This document shows positions 45,568 through 49,782 of a stretch of 49,782 nucleotides of DNA, piece by piece (within the stretch, counting starts at the first letter, position 1; each line of letters starts with the position of its first letter). A program made the position numbers and the translations under genes. This DNA comes from Rhodospirillaceae bacterium (GTDB taxonomy: Bacteria > Pseudomonadota > Alphaproteobacteria > MPNO01 > UBA830), in assembly GCA_038120765.1 (NCBI GenBank), contig JAYOMI010000017.1, forward strand, positions 1-49,782, written 5' to 3'. The notes under the pieces were generated by a model. That model was not told where the DNA came from and did no database searches. It was given only the letters and a program-made list of their open reading frames with translations.

Positions 45568-47907
45568 ATGGAAAACACCGACCAGACCGACATCGAAATC
45601 GCCACGGACCCTGTCTGCGGCATGACCGTGGACCTGACTGCGGGGAAACCGCGTCACGAATACGATGGCGAAACCTATCATTTCTGCGGCCAGCGCTGCT
45701 GCGACCGTTTTGCCGGCGATCCCGAACATTATCTGTCCGGCGCGCATCTGAAAGCCGCCGAAGACGCGCCCGCCGGCACGATGTTTACCTGTCCGATGGA
45801 CCCGGAAATCATTCAGGAAGGTCCCGGCAGCTGCCCGATCTGCGGCATGGCGCTGGAACCGATGGGCATCCCGCCCGCCGATGCCGGTCCGAACCCCGAA
45901 CTGGTCGATTTTACCCGGCGCTTTGTCGTGGGCGCTGTTCTGGCCGTGCCGCTGGTCGCCGTGTCCATGGGGCCGATGGTCGGTCTTCCCGTAAAGGACT
46001 GGCTCTCCGGGTTCGGCGACGTACCTGTCGCGGCATGGGTCGAACTGGTTCTCGCGACGCCGGTCGTGCTGTGGTGCGGCTGGCCGTTTCTGGTGCGAGG
46101 CGTGCGTTCCGTGATCACATGGAACCTCAACATGTTCACGCTGATCGCTCTCGGCGTCAGCGCGGCATTCGTGTTCAGCGTTGCGGCGACGATTGCGCCC
46201 GGCATTTTCCCGGACGGATTCCGACAGCCCGATGGCTCGGTCGGCGTCTATTTCGAAGCCGCGGCTGTTATTATCGTGCTTGTCCTGCTCGGCCAGATGC
46301 TGGAACTTCGCGCGCGGGAACAGACAGGCAGCGCCCTGCGCGCCCTGCTGGATCTGGCGGCCAAGTCTGCGCGCCTTGTAAAAGACGATGGGACCGAGGT
46401 CGAAATCGCTCTTGAAGAAGTCAAAACCGGCGACCTCTTGCGTGTCCGTCCGGGCGAGAAAATCCCTGTTGACGGTGTCGTGGTCGATGGCCGCTCGTCG
46501 GTCGACGAATCCATGCTGACCGGTGAACCTGTACCGGTCGAGAAAAATATCGGCGATAGCGTAACGGGTGCCACCATGAACGGTACCGGTGGGCTGATCA
46601 TGGAAGCGACCCATGTGGGTGCAGATACGATGCTGTCGCGTATCGTCGACATGGTCGCCGCCGCCCAGCGCAGTCGTGCGCCGGTGCAGAAGGTTGCCGA
46701 CCGGGTGGCGGGAATATTCGTACCCGCGGTGGTGCTGAGCGCGATTGTCGCCTTTGCCGTCTGGGCCGCTTTGGGCCCCGAACCGTCGCTCGCCTATGCG
46801 GTGGTCGTCGCCGTATCTGTGCTGATTGTTGCCTGCCCCTGCGCGCTCGGGCTGGCAACCCCGATGTCGATCATGACGGCAACCGGGCGCGGCGCGCGCG
46901 CCGGTGTGCTGATCCGAGATGCGGAAGCGCTGGAACGGCTTTCCCGGGTGGATACCCTGGTCATCGACAAGACCGGCACGCTGACCGCCGGCAAGCCCGC
47001 ATTGTCTGCGGTCGTCGCTGCGACGGGTCAGGACAAGGACGACATTCTGCGCCTCGCTGCCAGCCTGGAACGGGGGTCCGAACATCCGCTCGCCGAGGCC
47101 ATCCTGAGCGGTGCAGCCGATCGCGACCTTGCCCTGTCCGACGCACAGGATTTCGATGCTGTGACCGGCAAGGGGGTTTCGGGCATGGTCGATGGCAAGC
47201 GCATTCTGCTGGGCAACCGGGCGCTGCTTGACGATGCAGGTATCGACACGGTGCCCATCGCGGCGGAAGCCGATACGCGCCGGGACGCAGGAGAAACGGC
47301 CATGTTCGTCGCCATCGACGGCGTGCTGGCAGGCCTGATTGCGGTCGCCGACCCGATCAAGGATTCAACGCCCGATGCACTTGCCCGTCTGCATGCCAGC
47401 GGTCTGAAAATCGTGATGGCCACCGGCGACAATATCCGCACCGCGAAGGCTGTTGCGGCAAAACTCGGCATCGATGACGTCCAAGCCGATCTGCTCCCCG
47501 AAGACAAGGGCGCCCTGATTGCGGAATTACAGGCAGCGGGCGCGAAGGTCGCGATGGCCGGTGACGGCGTGAACGATGCGCCCGCGCTGGCCCAGGCCGA
47601 TGTCGGCATTGCCATGGGTACCGGCGCCGATGTCGCCATCGAAAGTGCCGGAATTACGCTGGTTAAAGGCGATCTGACCGGCATCGTGCGGGCGCGCCTG
47701 CTGGCGAAAGCCACCATGGCGAATATCCACCAGAACCTGTTCTTCGCCTTTGTCTACAACACCGCAGGCGTGCCTATTGCTGCGGGCGTCCTGTTCCCGG
47801 TCTTTGGCATCCTGCTGTCGCCGATGTTCGCTGCAGCGGCGATGAGCCTGTCATCGGTGTCGGTGGTCGGGAATGCGCTGCGGTTACGGCAGGTGAAGTT
47901 GGGGTAA
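45568..47907 (+). CDS. copA: Copper-translocating P1B-type ATPase with YHS/TRASH-type N-terminal metal-binding motifs
   Basis: Contains DPVCGMTVD...[15 protein letters not shown]...CPICGM, the [15 protein letters not shown] motif, DKTGTLT, SEHPLA and [10 protein letters not shown]. Confidence 0.9.
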   Translation: MENTDQTDIEIATDPVCGMTVDLTAGKPRHEYDGETYHFCGQRCCDRFAGDPEHYLSGAHLKAAEDAPAGTMFTCPMDPEIIQEGPGSCPICGMALEPMGIPPADAGPNPELVDFTRRFVVGAVLAVPLVAVSMGPMVGLPVKDWLSGFGDVPVAAWVELVLATPVVLWCGWPFLVRGVRSVITWNLNMFTLIALGVSAAFVFSVAATIAPGIFPDGFRQPDGSVGVYFEAAAVIIVLVLLGQMLELRAREQTGSALRALLDLAAKSARLVKDDGTEVEIALEEVKTGDLLRVRPGEKIPVDGVVVDGRSSVDESMLTGEPVPVEKNIGDSVTGATMNGTGGLIMEATHVGADTMLSRIVDMVAAAQRSRAPVQKVADRVAGIFVPAVVLSAIVAFAVWAALGPEPSLAYAVVVAVSVLIVACPCALGLATPMSIMTATGRGARAGVLIRDAEALERLSRVDTLVIDKTGTLTAGKPALSAVVAATGQDKDDILRLAASLERGSEHPLAEAILSGAADRDLALSDAQDFDAVTGKGVSGMVDGKRILLGNRALLDDAGIDTVPIAAEADTRRDAGETAMFVAIDGVLAGLIAVADPIKDSTPDALARLHASGLKIVMATGDNIRTAKAVAAKLGIDDVQADLLPEDKGALIAELQAAGAKVAMAGDGVNDAPALAQADVGIAMGTGADVAIESAGITLVKGDLTGIVRARLLAKATMANIHQNLFFAFVYNTAGVPIAAGVLFPVFGILLSPMFAAAAMSLSSVSVVGNALRLRQVKLG

Positions 47908-47940
47908 AACCGGGACCCCGTTTTAACGGGTGACCCGGTT
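47908..47940. terminator. Bidirectional hairpin between convergent copA and the methyltransferase gene
   Basis: AACCGGG...CCCGGTT outer stem (7 bp) with an inner CCCG(T)/(A)CGGG stem. It overlaps the 3' end of the minus-strand gene. Confidence 0.4.
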
Positions 47941-48414
47941 AATATAATACCGGCCCGGATTCACGCCTTCGGGCAGCGGCTGGGCTTCCCAGTTGCTGAC
48001 AGAATATTCCTGATCGCTGCAGACCAGGCCGCCCGGCGCCATCAGCGCGTCTACCAGAGGCGCGATGGTGCTGACCAGTTTTGCCTTCAGATCACGCCTG
48101 CTGGAGCCGATATCGCAATGGGCAAGCGCCGCCTGTGCACCGATACGGTTCAGCGCTCTTTTCAGGGTTTCGGTGACGTCGCCGATAATCATATGGTCTT
48201 CGTCCGGGATGCAGTCCGGGTGCGCGGCGACGCGCTGGTCAAAGACGAAAATCTCGCGGTCGGGGAACAGCTCACGCAGGTGATCGAAGGTGCGGCCGTT
48301 GCCGAGGCCGAGTTCCAGGATCGGACCGGGCACGTCGACAATCATGTCTTTCGCCATGTTGAGGCAGTCGCGCTGTGCGGAGACGCGGCGGATAAAGGAA
48401 TCGAGTCTGCTCAT
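47923..48414 (-). CDS. Small class I SAM-dependent methyltransferase-like protein
   Basis: ILELGLGNGRTFDHL is a GxGxG-like motif, followed by IFVFD. The start at M44 (48414, MSRLDSF) is chosen because the longer ORF runs into the upstream gene. Confidence 0.5.
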   Translation of the reverse strand: MSRLDSFIRRVSAQRDCLNMAKDMIVDVPGPILELGLGNGRTFDHLRELFPDREIFVFDQRVAAHPDCIPDEDHMIIGDVTETLKRALNRIGAQAALAHCDIGSSRRDLKAKLVSTIAPLVDALMAPGGLVCSDQEYSVSNWEAQPLPEGVNPGRYYINRVTR

Positions 48415-48484
48415 CTGTATCCGTCTGTTCCATATTGTTTGTGATAGCTCCGTTCGCCTGCAGGGCGCGCAGCGCTTTTTGTGT

Positions 48485-48934
48485 TCACTTGCCGCTATTG
48501 GCTTCGCGCAGTTGCGCCGTGGTGGCTTCCAGCCTGTGGGCAAGCTCGCGCATGATTTCGACGGACATGTCCGGGAATTCGCTGATCAGCCGGAAAAACA
48601 GATCCTTTGTAATCGCCAGCGTCGTCAGGTCGGTTTCGGCGCGGATCGTCGCCGTGCGGGGCACATCGATGAGGATCGCGATCTCGCCGACGAAGTCGTT
48701 CATGCTGACCTTTGCGACGGAAAGTTCCCCATTCGGGGTATCGACCACGACATCGGCCTGGCCATCGAGAATGATATAGGCGGCATCGCCGGGATCGCCC
48801 TGATGAAACAGTTCCTGGCCAGCGGGGAAGGTCAGCCGTTCGCTGGTGAAGGCGAGCAGTTTGAGTTTGGACGGTTCGATCTTCGCAAACAGCGGAACGC
48901 TGCGTAGGGCCTCGACCTCTTCGTTCAGGCTCAC
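48485..48934 (-). CDS. Stand-alone cyclic-nucleotide-binding domain protein
   Basis: Contains FPAGQELFHQGDPGDAAYIILDG and the phosphate-binding cassette FVGEIAILIDVPRTATIRA. Confidence 0.75.
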   Translation of the reverse strand: MSLNEEVEALRSVPLFAKIEPSKLKLLAFTSERLTFPAGQELFHQGDPGDAAYIILDGQADVVVDTPNGELSVAKVSMNDFVGEIAILIDVPRTATIRAETDLTTLAITKDLFFRLISEFPDMSVEIMRELAHRLEATTAQLREANSGK

Positions 48935-49000
48935 ATCTCTCTCCTGGACTTGTATGTGAAAATCATACGGGTCGTCTGTTTCAATGTCATTGCGCCAAAC

Positions 49001-49744
49001 CTATTCGGCCTTGATCAGGTCATAAAGAGCGGTACCTTCACGGTTCAGTTCTTCGAACGGTCCCTGTTCGATCACTTGGCCCGATTTCATCACCACGGCG
49101 CGGTCGAACTCCGCCGCCATGGACGGACGGTGCACCGCCCAGATCAGACCGCGACCGTCGAACTCACGTTTGAGACCTGCAAGGATGGCGTTCTGCGCCG
49201 CCCCGTCCAGGCCGCCCGTCGCCTCGTTGAGGATCAGCACGTCCGGACGTTTCAGGATGGCGCGTGCAATACCGAGCTTCTGCCGCTGGGCGCCCGACAG
49301 CCGCCCGCCGCCATTGCCGGCATGGAAACTCAGGCCGACTTCCATCACCGCGGCGCGGAGACCCAGATCGTCGATCACCTGGGCGATAATTTCCCCCACG
49401 CGTTCGCCACCGCGCACCTGACCGTAGGCCAGTTTACCGAACAGAATATTGTCCTGCAGCGATGCGGCGGCGTTATATGCACCGACATCGAAGAATTCGA
49501 CCATGCCCCGGTATTCGTCCGGCAAATTGTCGGCGAATGCCTTGCGGGCTTTGAGAATGCGCTGTTGCAGGTCGTCGTCGATAACGCCGAGGCGGTGGCG
49601 CGCGGGCGATACCTTGAACGGCAAGGACAGCAGCATGGTACGTTCTTCCGCGCGCAGGGCCGCGATGCCGTCACGGTTTATCCGGGTCAGGACGGCCTGG
49701 TATTCCGGGAGGTCGTCCTGTCTAGCCCCCAAGTTCAATGCCAT
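49001..49744 (-). CDS. ABC transporter ATP-binding domain, C-terminal part only (signature, Walker B and H-loop present; Walker A absent)
   Basis: Contains LSGAQRQKLGIARAIL (signature), VLILNEATGGLD (Walker B) and WAVHR (H-loop). No GxxGxGK[ST] is present anywhere in the ORF. Confidence 0.7.
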   Translation of the reverse strand: MALNLGARQDDLPEYQAVLTRINRDGIAALRAEERTMLLSLPFKVSPARHRLGVIDDDLQQRILKARKAFADNLPDEYRGMVEFFDVGAYNAAASLQDNILFGKLAYGQVRGGERVGEIIAQVIDDLGLRAAVMEVGLSFHAGNGGGRLSGAQRQKLGIARAILKRPDVLILNEATGGLDGAAQNAILAGLKREFDGRGLIWAVHRPSMAAEFDRAVVMKSGQVIEQGPFEELNREGTALYDLIKAE

Positions 49745-49782
49745 TTGTGGTTAGAGTTTCTGGCACTGGCGGTCGCATGTTG

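Noticed and set aside
45556-47085. 509-aa minus-strand ORF antisense to copA
   Set aside because: Low-complexity Arg/Gly/His-rich translation. copA on the + strand has all the P-type ATPase motifs. High-GC antisense artefact.
49761-49777. Second TGGCAC motif (TGGCACtggcgGTCGCA) at the right edge as a sigma-54 promoter
   Set aside because: The -12 element is GTCGC/TCGCA rather than TTGC at the correct spacing, and the G after TGGCAC is missing. It also lies inside the likely upstream part of the ABC gene.

Overview
High-GC proteobacterial, probably alphaproteobacterial, chromosomal segment. All calls come from reading the ORF translations and the nucleotides by eye; no searches were run.

(1) About 1-21.6 kb is one co-directional (+ strand) run of about 21 genes for surface-polysaccharide (LPS/capsule-type) precursor synthesis and modification. 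Many junctions are 4-nt ATGA overlaps. It contains:
- a KdsB-like cytidylyltransferase with SIS, HAD and 2-hydroxyacid-dehydrogenase neighbours;
- an SGNH + MBOAT O-acylation pair;
- a heparinase II/III-like protein;
- a GtrA / GT-C / DPM1-like GT2 lipid-carrier glycosylation triad;
- a cupin + NDP-sugar C-methyltransferase + UXS-like decarboxylase + Gfo/Idh/MocA tailoring set;
- an O-antigen ligase/polymerase-like protein, an SDR epimerase, and a WbpM/CapD-type dehydratase.

The left end of this locus carries recombination scars: an amber-interrupted oxidoreductase, a deleted remnant copy of the cytidylyltransferase, and an AT-richer FkbM methyltransferase cassette.

(2) 21.6-49.8 kb is core genome: purH, an MFS transporter, the giant NAD-glutamate dehydrogenase, tRNA-Gly(GCC), thioredoxin-TPR, a LON-domain protein, Trm112, DUF971, a UbiH-family hydroxylase, a porin-glnK-amtB unit behind a consensus sigma-54 promoter, a DapC-like aminotransferase, ftsK, lolA, a PuuD-like amidotransferase, xthA, copA, a small methyltransferase, a cNMP-binding protein, and an ABC ATPase that looks frameshifted at a C5/G5 run.

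I saw no CRISPR array, transposase, integrase or recognisable defence genes.

The best candidates for undescribed biology are the Arn/Gtr-like lipid-linked glycosylation module coupled to a C-methylated-sugar pathway, the atypical CMP-sugar module, and a four-hairpin structured RNA region downstream of amtB. All three are hypotheses, not demonstrations.
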